A stretch of DNA of 64,000 bases from Lingula anatina. Lineage: Eukaryota; Animalia; Brachiopoda. Below the pieces are notes generated by a model that did no database searches, was not told the DNA's origin, and was given only the letters and a program-made list of their open reading frames with translations. The stretch is from NCBI GenBank assembly GCA_051362555.1, contig CM120641.1, positions 3,410,001 through 3,474,000 of the forward strand, in the 5' to 3' direction. The translations under genes and the position numbers were made by a program. Of the stretch, positions 11,394 through 25,800 are shown piece by piece. Positions within the stretch are counted from its first letter, which is position 1; each line of letters opens with the position of its first letter.

Positions 11394-13341
11394 ATGTGTC
11401 GCCCTTTTGTTTTCCTTGTCTGTTGCCTGGCCACATCCTCTCTGGCAATGAATGTGAAGTTCAAGGATTGTGGTAATTGTCATTTTTCCCAAACTTATAA
11501 ATTATCCAAAGATTTTATAGTTATTAATCTATCATATTGACATGCTCAAATCAATTTTTTTTTCAATTTTCAAAACCAAATTTTTATCCTGTAACTGTTG
11601 TTTGTGACAGTTATAATTATAGTAATATGTTTGTTCAAGTCTAAAGCTTTTTTTGTTGAAGTATTTCCCAAAATTGATATCATTTTATTTTTTCAGGCTC
11701 AGCTGTAGGTAAAATAAGCACTGTTGATGTTGAACCTTGTAAGAAGGAACCTTGTACATTAGTACGTGGAACAAATGCAACAATCACAGTTGCATTCAAA
11801 GCAAGTTAGTAGATTTACAAAATATGCAGTAATCCTATTGACAACTATAAAAACCACTCAGAGAGCGTAGACCTCCGCCAAGGCAGCAAAGTCTCCATCC
11901 AATGCCGTTTCACACCTAAATTTTCGATATTTTTGATTATTGATTATTGATCCAGATCACCACCAAAAACTAATCATCTATTCCTTGGCCCACTTCTGAC
12001 AGTTCCTGAAAATTTCATCAAAATGGGTCCATAACTTAATATAGTTTTTTTGATTTTTGATTATTGATTGATTATTGATCCAGATCACCACCAAAAACTA
12101 ATCACTTCTAAATTAACCCATTTCTGACCTACCCTGAAAATTCCATCGAAATTCATCCATAACTTTTTTAGTTATGTTGATATGACAAACAAACAAAAAA
12201 AAAAAAAACAAACAAACAAACAAACAGGGGTGAAAACATAACCTCCTTCAATTGGCGGAGGTATATGATTAACTTTGATCTGATATGCAATTTTTCACCC
12301 ATGTTTTTGTTGTCAATTCAGTGGAACCAAATAAATGAATAAATGATAAATAAATTTTCAAATTAATTATTTTGGCAATGGCACTAGCAATTTGAGGATT
12401 TTGTTAAGGGAGATATAGGGGCACATTGGGTTAAAAATTATCGCAACAAATAAAAACATCTAAAACTATTTTACTTCCATAAATAATGTAATAACAATCA
12501 TAAAAACAGCACAGAGATGGAAAAATACCTTTTATTATTATTATTTTTTTTTGGTGGGGGGGGGGGGGGGAGGGGGTTTAGGGGATCTCGATCAGTAGTT
12601 AAGGTAGGGACAGGTGGCTCCTGAATCTGTCATGAACAGTTGTAACTTAACAGTTGGTCAGTAGTCACTATCAACTGATTTTGCTAATATTGTAAAATTT
12701 TAGATGAAGCTGCTACCAAGCTAACAGCAAGTGTCCATGGTATAGTAGCGGGTGTTCCAGTTCCTTTTCAAGTCCCTGTAAGTAATGGCTGTGCACCATC
12801 TGGAGTGGCGTGTCCCACTAAGACTGGACAAGACTACAACTATTCAACTTATGTCCCAGTATTGAAAATATATCCAAAGGTAATGCTTTCATCTCTCTGT
12901 TTTATTTAGATAAATCTTGTTTAATTTTTTTTAGACAAGGCTAATATATCATATTAAGATATATCTTGTTTAATTTTATTTAGACAAGGCTGATATGTCA
13001 TATTAAGATATATCTTGTTTAATTTTATTTAGACAAGGCTAATATGTCATATTAAGATATATCTTGTTTAATTTTATTTAGACAATGCTGATAATATCGT
13101 TTAAAGTGTGATGCAGATAAGGGTTATAGTGGTATATCTATTCTGATCTTGAGTGTGCATTTATTTGAAGGCAAATTCGTCTGTCTACTGAACTACTTTT
13201 ACCCTTTTATTTTTCCATCAAATTCTGTTCACTGTTGCCTATTTTAATTTTTTTCAGATCTCTGTTGTTGTGAAGTGGGAACTGAAGGACCAAAATGGCA
13301 AGGACATGTTCTGCTTTGTTATTCCAGCTGTCATCTCATGA
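11394..13341 (+). CDS. NPC2: NPC2-like / ML-domain protein, copy b
   Basis: Exons 11394-11472, 11697-11804, 12704-12879, 13258-13341: MCRPFVFLVCCLATSSLAMNVKFKDCGSAVGKISTVDVEPCKKEPCTLVRGTNATI...VHGIVAGVPVPF..NGCAPSGVACP...YPKISVVVKWELKDQNGKDMFCFVIPAVIS*. Six canonical cysteines in the mature protein. Confidence 0.95.
11851..12263. mobile_element. Helentron-associated (HINE/pearl-like) non-autonomous element in NPC2-b intron 2
   Basis: Subterminal inverted repeat acctccgccaa (11871-11881) / ttggcggaggt (12252-12262), a terminal hairpin, two ~125-bp internal tandem core repeats and a (caaa)n microsatellite. Confidence 0.7.
12900..13090. repeat. 49-bp minisatellite, about 4 copies
   Basis: Unit atatcttgtttaattttatttagacaaggctaatatgtcatattaagat. 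Confidence 0.9.
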
Positions 13342-15436
13342 TCAGGCTAAACATTTATTTTCAACATTAGAGAGTTATTTCTCTGTGGTTTATAAAATTG
13401 GATTTTAAAGGAAGGCCAGCAAAAACAAGCAGCTGATTTTTAATAAGTGCACTTTTGTTGCTTTGTCATGACTTTATATATTTGTCATTTTATGTCAACA
13501 ATAAACAATTCTATTGATCAAACTATTGAGTCTTTTAATCCTGTTGATCAAACTATTAAGTTTTTATGGATAAACAATGTTTTGTGTCTGTACAGTTTAA
13601 AACTATCATCCGTGTCTGTCTGTGTCAGCAGTAATGTTGATTAAGGGGGTTATAGTTACTGGTACATCAGCAAAATAGCACCCTTCCCCTATTTCTATAA
13701 CATGAAATACAACACTTCATATTACTATAAGTGTAATGAAAATAAAATATGGAGATCTGTTTGAAATAGATATTTCAGTTTTCACCCCCAAAATGTATTA
13801 ACTTGACCTTATCAACTTGAGCTAGGAAATTAGCAAAAAAAATTTTTTTTTTGATGCAACAGCATTATCTTATATCATGGTATTGTCAATACTCAGTATC
13901 TGCATTATCCAAGCAGATAAGGTAAAATCCTGAAGTATTGATCCCTCTTATGGACACTACTCTTGTTAACTTGAGAAAACCTTTTACTATAACTTGAAAA
14001 TAGAAATACTGTTTAAACATAACTTAAACTTAAAACATGCTGCAGTTATCGATAATGCTTCAATGAGCTCTAGTTTTAAATGGAATCATATGGTCAGTCA
14101 ACTATGAATCAGCAGATAAATTAATAAAATACCTGCATCATACAGCCTATATGTAATATATACCTAACCAAATGTTACATGTTAACATATGTAACTTGAA
14201 CTTTATCATGCTGCTACATGTATATGTTATGCGAAATGTTTAGTTTAATTCTGTTCCTTTCTGAACCTATTTATGGTTTCTTACCATTAACTATCACGTT
14301 TTTAATTATTTTAAAATTTCCAAGGTGGCATTAACACTTATGTGGAAATCGCAGAAAATTTTAAATCCTGGTTCATTTAAATGAACATCAAATTTTTATC
14401 CATGTTAAAACAAAAATACTTTTGTTGAAATGATGGCTCATAAACTAACAAACTATGTGCCTTGGAAATGAATTCTCAGACACTTACAGATGAAAAATTG
14501 AACAACTGAATTTATCAGCTTGGTAGATATTATGCAATATGAAAATCACAAACACAAGTAGCAAATATTTAGTTGGTCTTGAAAATTTTGTCAAAAGTCG
14601 ATTCTCCACCAAGGTAGTTTTTTCACTTTGAAAATTTCCTCAAACTTGAAAATGGGCTTCTCAATAATTATGAAAAGGTTGTCACCTAATATGAACAAGT
14701 CAGATTCTGGCATTTAAAGATATTTAAAAATTAATTTTTAAGTGATGAAATTTTGTGTGATGAAAGTTTTTACCATAATTCTTCATTAGCTGATGCCAAT
14801 CACAGTCAGTGCATTAGGTGCACATGATCCCAATCGGGCTTTTTTTGGTTGCCCATTTCTATACATAATTGATGTGCAAATTCTACAAATTACTATACAC
14901 CACAAGCATGTGCAGGTAATATTAGACGATATTTATTAATGAAAATTTAACTTTCATGTTGCAAGAAAACACTCAATTTATTTCTATTTTTGCAATCATA
15001 ACACAAAAATGTTATAACAGTTGAAAAAATTGCATTGATTGTTGCCTTTGTTGTGGTTGAAGAGTTGTATTATACATGTAAGAGACGACAGTCAAACTCA
15101 AACCACAGAATTTTCATGCTTATCTCTTAACTGTTAACACTACAACATATGCTCAATATAGCCCTTTTTTCTTTTTTTTTCTTTTTGTAACACAAAAGCT
15201 TACCTTACTGGATTAAACAAAATTATCACAAAGCTTACTGGTTGTACACTATCTTCAGAATTGCATTGATTGTTGCTAAATGAATGTTAAAGTTGTAAAT
15301 GACAAAATAAAATGTCAACATAAAAATATTTGCATTGCTGGTGCAATATTTCTGTCTTTTACCCAAACTTTCTTCCATCTTTTTCCAAACAAAAATCAAA
15401 TTGTCATATATGAGAAGTAGACTCATTTGCATTAAT

Positions 15437-17486
15437 TTAATCTTGAAGGATTGCAGGGAATACCAAACAGAAGACTTCATGTAAATTTTCTGTGGTCACC
15501 ATTTCAAGTTTGATGACCAGGCGAACCTGAAACAATTTTCGTAGAATCAAAATCACATTAGAAATCACTGTGATGTTCAATTAAATATAAAACAAATTTA
15601 CATTTATTTGTAGCAACTAATAAACCCACATACAATCAAGCTTAAGCATTCATTGATCAAAACTTGAAAAGTAAATATAAGTATATTAAATTAAACTAGA
15701 AATAAGCATCAATATAAGCTTTTTACTTGTTGAATCACTTCTATTGATGGGTACGACAAAGTAATTATATATACAGGTAATTTCACATATAGTTTCATTG
15801 GATCTCAGTTTTAATAGTAAAAAAGTTTTCATTTTCAAAAAGTTCATCTTCAACTGAACAGGTAATTCAGTTGTGACCAAGTCCGTCAGAGTGAACAGAC
15901 AAAACAGCCAACAGGTAAATCAAATATCTGGATCTATCATAAATGAAAACTTTTTGACTGGTATAATTTCTTTCAACAAAATTTTTCTAACCCACATAAT
16001 CCAAATATCTTACCTGCGGAATGACCTGTGGTACATTGATTGATATGGAAGTGGAATACACATGACCAGTGACCAGTGGGCATCCAGGTCCATTCATACT
16101 GTGGCAACTGTTGGAGTCTGGCAGTGGCCAGGGCACAGACATGTCTTCAAACAGGGCGTGGGCCACTGAAGTAAGCTCTCCAATGTTTGCCTCTATAAGA
16201 TATAAGAGACAAATTAAGACAGGGATTCTTCAATGTATTTTACCAAAACTGGTTAATCAAACTGTTAAAACCAACAAATTGCTGGCATAGCAAGAAAAAA
16301 AAGAGAGAAAAAAAATTAGTTCTGATTATTCACGTATATTTTGTGGGTAGCTCATTATAATAAGACATTGAAAGACAGGGAGTGTTTGAAATTTGAGGGT
16401 TTTTAACATGCAAAGATGCAGTTTACTTCAAAACTTTTTCAGTCAAAGGAATAATAACGAAATAAGCAGGATTCTCTTTTATTTCCAGAAACAATTTTTT
16501 TCTCGCAAAAAAAAAAAAAAAAAAAAAAGAAAGAAATATACCATATATTTGCAGTTAAAACAGGTTGTAGTATAAAATTACCACATTTAAAGAATTTCCT
16601 TTACTGAAAAATGTCTTGACAGATTTAGCCACCCACCCTGAATTGTTTAAACTCAAATTTGTAACAGCACCAATATAACTACCTGCAGTAAAATTAACAT
16701 TCACAGAGTAATTCTGTCCTCTTTGCAGAGTACATGGCAATTTGGAACAAGGGTGCAAGTACACTGAATGCAGCACAGCTCCTTTAGAACCTGTTGGGGG
16801 AAAAATGAAAAACAAATCATTTATATGGCTCAAAAAATAATGATAATTATAATTAAGTCAATAATTTAAACCTTCCGTATTTCAAAGTACAATAACTTCA
16901 ACAGTTCACAAGTTTTTGAAATGAAATTTTTAACAGATTTTTGACACATTATTATTGGTCAACCCTGAAAATTTCAAGTATTAAAGTGAAACAGTTTTTA
17001 TATTATCAAACAAAAATCACATGTTGAAAAATGCCACCTGGACCTGTCAGAAGTCACATAGGCCATCATAGCATATTTTGACTTCAGATTTTAATTTCTT
17101 TGGTGTGCCAATATTAAAATAGGTAGAGTCATGAAATTTTCAGCATTTATAAAACATGATTTCAATAAAAAAACTTAAATATTTAAAATATCCCAAATTT
17201 CCTTGCAAAATCTTCAAATTCAAAACTGTTAAATATTTGAACTTTGAAATTAGTAACATTTTTTTTAGCCACGTATCCAATATATATTGGTAATTCAAAG
17301 GTGACTTTTCAATTTTTCAGTGCTTTTTAAAACAGGATTTTTAACACCTTAGAAAACTTGTGATTTTAATAATCATTATATATATGACTATTCAAGTATT
17401 TACTCACCACAATCCTTATAATCTATCAGCTCTGCTTTCAGCACAGCAGCAACAACTGCAAAAATGACTGCAAAATTCTTTTTCAT
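15437..17486 (-). CDS. NPC2: NPC2-like / ML-domain protein, copy c (divergent)
   Basis: Exons 17486-17408, 16790-16683, 16192-16014, 15526-15437: MKKNFAVIFAVVAAVLKAELIDYKDCGSKGAVLHSVYLHPCSKLPCTLQRGQNYSVNVNF...AHALFEDMSVPWPLPDSNSCHSMNGPGCPL...VRLVIKLEM..VFCLVFPAILQD*. TATA-like TATAAAT at 17553-17547. Confidence 0.92.
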
Positions 17487-18464
17487 TTTGGCGGATAGCT
17501 TGCAAACTTTGAAAGTTTTTGGGCGATTCAAACCAAGCCTAGCGCCATTTATACCCCACGCTAACAACTAGGCCAAACAACCTGTTTCTTGGCCAACAAA
17601 AGAAAAAATTGCAGTAGGCTAAATGATCTATTAAAAGTAAAGAAAAAATTGCAGTGAATGATCTTTTTACAAAATCAAGATGGAATTTTATTGTCTTTGA
17701 GTAAAAATAACTGCTTTAAAATAATCACCAATATTCATCTTTAAATCATCTTTCTGGTGACAATCCCCACCAATTTTATGCCCTGGCCTACCCATGACTC
17801 AAAATTACATGGTGACTATTTGTTATCAATTTTATCATTTTTGTAATTCCCAATGAATAAACCACTGGTTGTAGAACCCTGCAAAATACCAAAGGTTTGA
17901 TTTCTGGAGCAACTGCAGAGCTGCTATGTCAACAAATATCCACTAAAAGCTTCAATAATTGGTCAAATTATGGGCTAATTGCATAATCTAGCCAATAAAT
18001 TAGACAGCTTTCATAATGTTTTGACAGGGCAAACTAACAGGTGTGAAACTAACAGGCTGTGAAGTTTAGATTATGCTTTTAATTATAGCTTAAAACTTTT
18101 GACGGTCTCTAAGTATTTCTTACTGGACCAAGAAAAATAAAACTGATAAGCTTTCAGTGCAGCAGTACTAAGTAAGGACATTACCAAGTACTTGAAGAAT
18201 AAAACAGTTTGGAAACTAACATTTGGGGTGGGTCTCTAAAACTCCATTATGAATACAAATTTATAGGTAATCTGAAAGTTTTTCTAGTTTCATACCTATA
18301 CTCAGCCAGCCATCCTGTGTATCTGCAAACATCAATTATGAGAAATAAGAAAAAAATATGTGTAACTGTAATTTCATACACGGTGTATTTAATTACCTAT
18401 TTAATCCTTTATTCTTGCTTTTTATCGTTAATGATTAAAAATGTGATCTTTTAGATAAAACAGA

Positions 18465-18705
18465 ATAAGATCCCATACACACCTGAACTGTCTCAGCCCA
18501 ACTCTGCGGGAATTTTCATTTAATTGTCTGACATGCCTCCTCAAGCAGCTAGGGGTTTATTAAGCCAAGGGCATGTGAAAGTTAATTACCCCCTAGCTGC
18601 TCGGCGAGGTGTGTCATTCAGTTAAGCAGATTGCTTATAGCGAGAGCCCCTGCAGAGTTGGACCTACCCAAGTAGGCCTATGTGTCTATGGGAATGCTCC
18701 CTAAA
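18465..18705. mobile_element. Palindromic MITE family A, diverged copy 2
   Basis: Inverted arms (cccaactctgcggg / ccctgcagagttgg and gcagctagggg / cccctagctgc), ending tatgggaatg. Confidence 0.5.
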
Positions 18706-19008
18706 GTAACTTAGCAAAGACATCATACAATTTCTGGTCTAATATGGTGGTACCCACACATTGCCTACAGCCTTGTTTTAAGCTATACCAAATGCCTTCC
18801 AATACAAAATTTACAATTGTATTGTGATATAATAAATTAACATATTATCTCAGCAATTACTCAATGAAATCCAATATCTTTTATTGTTGCAAAAGCACAG
18901 ATACTTGTACAGTAGATGAAAATGGTAATAATATCTATCATCTGCATTGATCAGCGATTAAAATATATTCAGACTGACTCTCAGCTACACACAGTAATTT
19001 GTGTCTTT

Positions 19009-21293
19009 CTACAAGTTATGTAGCTTTTGTCTTTGAACCAAGAAAGCTTGTTTGAGTGCGTACCCCGCTGAAGACCACAGTGCATTGCCCACTTCCTGCT
19101 GAACCTCAGTATCCTTGACGATATTACTCGTTGCTGCTTTACCTAACTTTGTAGCCTGCTCCACAACAATGTCTTTGGTAATTACCTCACTTAAAAATTT
19201 TGCAGCTTCTTCCTGCACTGTCTTGCTTTTGAAAAGTTCAATAAATAACTGCTGAACTCCATATATCACACTTTCATGTCGTAACAGAGGCTCCAAATTC
19301 TGGGCCAAGTTGTTTCTGAAGTTGCTGTCTCCAAATGCACTGACCAGAATTTTTTTGAAAACTTCAGCAAGATTTGCCTGCACTGTGGAATCTGTCAAGA
19401 CGTCCTCAAGAAGTTTTGATGCAGTTTCTTGGGTTCCTGGCTGGCCAAAGACATTTTGAAGAAATACAACTGTAACATGAAAAAATTGTTAGACTATTTG
19501 GTATCATTTGTGACGTAAAAAAATTATCACTTTATTGTACTGATAAAGTTAAATGATGAGATTTTTAAACATGACAAACAAACAGGTGTAAAAGTGGCAG
19601 TAAATTTTGCACTATGTTTTCATTAACAGACTGATGATTTACAGTCTCTAAATATACCGTGTACTACCTATTAGAGTGAGCATCAGACACAGATAACTTA
19701 AAGTTGTTAGCACATAAGGGTAGCAGAATTATGCTATTTGGTTTAGTAAATGTTATTTGTTTAATGTTGGCACACTTATATTTTTATATTTAAAAATAAG
19801 TAAAAGGCCCAGTACTATCATCCCTCTCCAAGGTTATTTCACATTACATAAAAAATAAGTGCCAAATACACACACACACACACACACAGTCACACACGCG
19901 CACATGCACGCACGCACAAACACACACACACTTTTAAACATAACTAGCAATGACTTGGAAATGCATGCATGCACAGCATTAATCTCATATACCGGTACAT
20001 TGTCAAAGAAAAAACTGAATCCTATACACACCACTAAGATCTTGAATGTTTTTATCAGTCAATATTTCATTCAAGAGAGCCAAAGCTAAGTCCTGGGCTT
20101 TGTTTTGTACATTTTCGTCACTTAATGACCTGGTTGTTACTTGAGACACTTCGTCTGCTACATTTTCCCTTATCTGTTCTCTAAACAAATATACTGCTAT
20201 GCCTGAAAATTACAAATTAAGATGTTAATAACCAAAACAGAGTTTTTAAGTCAGTAAACTGTATATCTTTCTTTGAATTTATTTTTAAATAAATTCAAAG
20301 AAAGATAAAAGCTATCATGGTATTCTGTAAATTTTCAGTAGGGAGAGACCCTTCCTTAAATTCAAATGTTATAAACACTCAACACTCCAGAAGTCAGAAT
20401 CATGTACATGCTGTCATTATCGAAATTATCACATTGATTCAAAGCACGTTCTACGACTGATATCATGCAAAATTTTGGTAACATTCAAAATTGAACCTGT
20501 AGACAGACCTTCTGATCATAGAAATCAAACCAAATTGCATTACAAAATAAGGATGAGAGATATAAATCTTAACACAATAAAACTCGATCACCAGTTAAAA
20601 TCACAACAGCGCCTCCTATTCTAAGAGTAGAGTAACCATATAGCCTGGTGTCATTCTCAATGGTGACAAGTCTCTCCATAATCCTGGAGTAATGTCCATG
20701 TTCACCATGCTGGGACTGGTGGTCCTGGTCTGGACCAGATCTCTGGCTATAACTCTGCACCCTGGTGACTGGATGATGACAAAGTTGAGCTGGTCTTCTT
20801 AGGCTGGAACCATCAAATTGCCCTTTGTTGAGATATCTTGGCCACAACTTGTATGAAAAAGAAGAGAAAAAAAAAACATTTCTCCCTCTAGCCATTAATA
20901 AGATTTCTTCTCTAATTTAATCATCACAAATTTATAATTACTTTGATAATAAACACATGAAATATATATTATTTCTAATCCAATCATTTATCTACCATAA
21001 TTATTAATGTCTTTTATTTTTATTTTCTGAAAGATTAGGAACAGTCCTTATTACATGTAATCTTACAGATTTTATTTGAAGTTTTTCTGATGTACATTTA
21101 AATGATGTATGTACGTATGTGTCGCTGTGCATGCATGCATACAAGTGTGTGTAAATACCATAATTTCCCTATTGCAAAATATGATCTTCCTGTCTGGGTG
21201 ACTTTGTAAACAAGCAAGTCCACATTTGTTAAATTTTATCAGATATTGCACATTTTGGTTCAGTAGAAAGGATGATTTTCTTACTACATTCAT
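19009..21293 (-). CDS. Uncharacterised single-pass membrane protein with a helical C-terminal domain, possibly mitochondrial
   Basis: Phase-consistent exons 21293-21159, 20847-20592, 20202-20032, 19469-19009. One hydrophobic segment (IGGAVVILTGIAVYLF) is followed by amphipathic helical sequence (REQIRENVADEVSQVTTRSLSDENVQNKAQDLA...VQQEVGNALWSSAGYAL). The first exon is less certain. Confidence 0.8.
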
Positions 21294-22806
21294 TCTGAAA
21301 AGAACAACAAAATTCTAATATTTGGATAATCCATTATATACAATCTTTTTTACCTAAACAAAATTTTGAACCTACAGCTGGTTAAAATATTACACTAAAA
21401 TTGAACAAAATTTTTAAGGTTTTAAAATCCATTTTAAATACTTAAAAATATGTAACACAGATTAAGTCAAATGCTTTGAATTATTTGTTGTTTTTTTGTT
21501 AACCCAAAAATCAGTGGCTGTAGTCCCATTGTTTAAAGGTATACTGTGTAGGATCTTGCTTCACATCCAATTTTTTTCAAGATAAAAATAATTTTCTTCT
21601 ACTCACAATTTGCTATTCCGCCCATACCTCCGCAAAAATTTGCAGTTTTATACCATTTCCAATTCAATCATTTACACACTGATTCTGAACTGTTTCTACT
21701 GTTGTGTCATCCTAACATTTAAAAGTTTAAAATTTTAAAGTTCTTGTTACAAGGAAATATATCAACATCAGGCAATTTTGAGGGTTTTTTTTTTTAAGTT
21801 CTGAATTGAGAAAGATAGTTGCTCTGCATGACTTAAAGACATTTTCAAAGACATAAACATGAGCAGCATACCTAAAACTTTTCAGAGAGGATATCATACC
21901 GCAGGTAAAAGGGTGCATGTGCATGCAAGTACCCAGTACAGTAAGCCCGAAAACTAGGCCCTTTACAATGCGTGCGAGACTAATGCCTTCCTGGGTTACC
22001 TGGAGAATGTTCCTTGTTGCCTTCAGAGTGTTTTTCAATTCATTAATACTAACACTTAGAAACCATGACATTTGTTTTGGGTCGTTCAATGAGTCTCAAT
22101 GAAAGTTTCCGGTGGTTTTTTTTTTTTTTCAGACGAATTTTAGATATGTTATTTCTGTACTTCACATGGTGAAGAATGGAACCTTTTTTCCTACCTCCAA
22201 AACCAAAAAAATCGGGCTAATTTTTTATGGAAAGAGGTAAGTTGTTGTTCCTACTGTAGTAAATCGTTGATAATTGTTTTAAGGGATAGTCTAAATGATT
22301 ATATGGGGCTTCAAGACTACTAGGAGTAACTTGGAAATTAATAGATCAGAAATTCATTATTCAAGCATTGACGTACTGTATATTGAATCATGAATATTGA
22401 CGCCAGTGGCTGAAGTCAAGTTATTTTAAGTTAAGAGTAAAAATGCCATGTCCTCCGTTTAAGATTTGATACATAAATCCATTTATGTCTAATCTTAAGC
22501 TTGGCCTTGAATTCTACCCTAGCAAAATGATGACTTATGATATTTTGTTGGCTTTAAGTTGAAGATCACACTTGCTCTCATATTTACATAGGGTGGTGTT
22601 ACTTTACTATCTTTGACATTGTGCATCAATTTATACTCCCGGCCCAGTATCCCTGCACTTGCATATAACTCATATGTTGTTGTGAGTGTATATGCACAGG
22701 TGTTAATAAGGTCATGGCTGCCTGGGTTAAAGCAACTGCTCATTACAGTTATTTATAAATTTATTCATATTTGAATATTTATTATTTTAACTTAATTTGC
22801 TAAAAT

Positions 22807-25800
22807 TGTAACATTATCTTCTTGTTTTTGGTAAATGTCATCAAAGTTCACAAGCTTCCATTTGTGGCATTCTTTGAATGACCCTTGGTCACCTACAGAT
22901 TACACTTGATGACAGTTCTCAGCCATTGTTAAAGTAAACAGGTGTTCCTCATACTTTTTAATGTACATGTATATACAAGCCTAGCAGTTCACAATAAACT
23001 TTCGTAGAAGTCAGACGCATTGTTGTTGTCTCTCTCCTGAATAGAGTCCGGCACGTTGGACTCAGTAAAGAGCCATCATATTACATGGTGTCAGAAGTGG
23101 TTGCCAGACATAGGCAACAGTGACGATCCGTGGCAGTTTTAACATTGTGTTAACTGTTAGCATGGAACTCACTGGTATCCCAACACCTTCCATGGACTGG
23201 AGTGCGTCTAATCTTCCTGAACAGTGGAAAAAATTTCACAGTCTCGTGGAACTCATTTTTAATGGGCCACTAAAGGAAAAGGAAGAAAAAGTGAAGGTGA
23301 CTTATCTCTTGTTATGGATAGGAGACAAGGGGAGAGAAATAAAGTCAACTTGGACAAATCTGGACGAACCAGACAAGCTGCAGTCATATTATGACCGTTT
23401 TAAAGCCCATGTGCAGCCGAAACTGAATCCCATCTTCGCGCGGTTCAAGTTTAACAATGAAACTCAAGGTGCATCTACCGTTGAACAATTTATTACTCGT
23501 TTGCGGACACTTGCTGTCGACTGTGCATACACAAATGCAGAAGAGATGATCCGAGACAGGATCGTATTTGGTACCTCATCAGAGAAAGTGAGGGAAAAGC
23601 TCATAAATGAAGGTGACAAGCTGACACTCGACAAAGCCGTGCAGATAGCCCAGTCGTACGAGTATTCAATGGAACAACTCAAGACAATGGGGAAAGAGGT
23701 CAGCAGCATTAAGAAACAACCTCCACGTACAGGCAACTGGAGACATGTGAACAGACAGAAGAAACAGCAAAAGCAGGACAGACATGAGTGTGACAATTGT
23801 GGCTACGAGCATGCCAAGACTGATAGATGTCCGGCTAAGGGTAAACAGTGTAATAACTGTAAGAAATTCAATCACTTTGCTAAAAAATGTCGCAAAAGTA
23901 TTGCTAAAAAACATGTTAATGAGTTGCAAGCTTTGCCAGATCAGCCCGATTCTGATTCTGATTCAGATTCACAATTTATTGTAGATAGTATTGACACGTC
24001 AGAGGGTTTAGATCAAGCATTTTGCCATGTAGAAATTGGTCCAGCAAAGATCAATGTTAAGTTTAAGATTGACACAGGTTCTCAAGTGAATATTTTACCC
24101 AAGCATGTGTTTGACTCAATTGGTCATGTAGACGACCTGAAACCTCCTAGTCAGAAGCTTACTGCTTATAATGGTCACTCACTAAAAAACTTAGGGTCTG
24201 CAAATTTCACTTGTCAGTATAAGAAAAAGTCCATTGGCCTTCTGTTTCACGTCGTTGATACAGAATCTTCACCGATACTTGGTTTGAAAGCATGTATGGA
24301 CTTGTGCCTGATTAAGTTAGTGTATGCTTGCGATGTAGATGCTGATGTGAAGCGAGAGCTGGTCGGAAAAAGAGATTCTAGTAAACCCAGCCAAAATCTG
24401 AACAAATCCGAGTTTGGTAAAGACCAAATATTGCATGAATACAAAGACGTATTCGAGGGTATAGGATTGTTCCCAGGTGAATGTGTAATTCACACTGATC
24501 CCGATGTAATTCCTGTTGTTCACCCCCCTCGCAAAGTGCCGCATGCACTTCATGAAAAGCTCAAAAATGAACTTGAGCGTATGGAGAAGCTTGACGTGAT
24601 TTGTAAAGTCACAGAGCCCACAGAATGGGTAAATTCTCTAGTGATTGTTGAGAAGCCTGAATCAAGCTCAGGTAAGGTACGTGTGTGCCTGGATCCCAAA
24701 GACCTAAATAGAGCTATTTTGAGACCCCATTACCCCCCTAGAACATTAGAAGAAGTATTACCCCAGTTAGCAGGTGCTCAATACTTCAGTAAGTTGGATG
24801 CCAGGTCAGGGTATTGGACAATTAAACTATCCACAGAATCCTCATACCTTACGACGTTTAATACGCCATTTGGTAGATACAGATATCTGCGACTGCCTTT
24901 TGGTTTGAGATCGTCGCAGGATGAGTTTCAGAGAAGGGTAGACGAAAATTTTGAGGGTCTAAACGGTGTAATAGCCTTAGTAGATGACATCATAGTGTTT
25001 GGAAAAAACAGAGAACAGCATGACCAGAATCTGCGTAATGTTTTACAAAGGTCTCGTGAGTGTGGGATCAAACTCAACAGAGAAAAAATGGAAATCGGCG
25101 TGACTAAAGTAAAATATTTTGGTCACATTATCACATCAAAAGGCTTAGAGCCTGACCCGGAAAAGGTCAAAGCAATTAGGGAGATGAAAGCCCCGACTAA
25201 TAAGAAAGAGTTAGAGACTTTCCTGGGTATGGTGACATACCTAGCTAAATTTGCTCCCAACCTTTCAGAGATTACCAGCCCCCTTCGCAAGTTACTTGCA
25301 AAAGACATGATTTTTCAATGGATCGATGAGCATGAGAAAGCTCTCAATGAAGTAAAAGAGGTAATCACGGCGACCCCAAGTCCTATGTTAACGTATTTTG
25401 ACCCCAGCCAGGTCACTACCCTACAGACTGATGCCTCTAAGTATGGTTTAGGTGCTGCACTGTTGCAGGATGGAAAACCCATAGCTTATGCATCCAAAGC
25501 TCTCAATACATCAGAAATCAACTATGCCCAAATAGAAAAAGAAATGTTTGGGATAGTTTTTGGGTGTAAGAGATTTCACCAATACGTTTATGGCCGTAAA
25601 GTAGTAGTGGAGACAGACCACAAACCTTTAATTCCTATATTCAAGAAGCCCTTGAATACAGCCCCTCCACGCTTGCAGAGAATGCTGTTACAATTACAGC
25701 GATACGATCTGGAGGTAATTTACAAACCAGGTACACAGATACCACTTGCAGACACATTGTCTCGCAATTTTGTAAAAGACACCTACCCAGAGCTCGCTAA

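Noticed and set aside
21537-21873. Possible Kolobok-like MITE (aggtatactg / cagcatacct)
   Set aside because: The TIR is only 10 bp with a mismatch and the right TTAA is absent; too weak to call.
23035-23075. LTR hairpin cctgaatagagtcc...ggactcagtaaagag resembling a hammerhead
   Set aside because: It lacks exact CUGANGA and GAAA boxes and is better explained as an ordinary U5 stem-loop.
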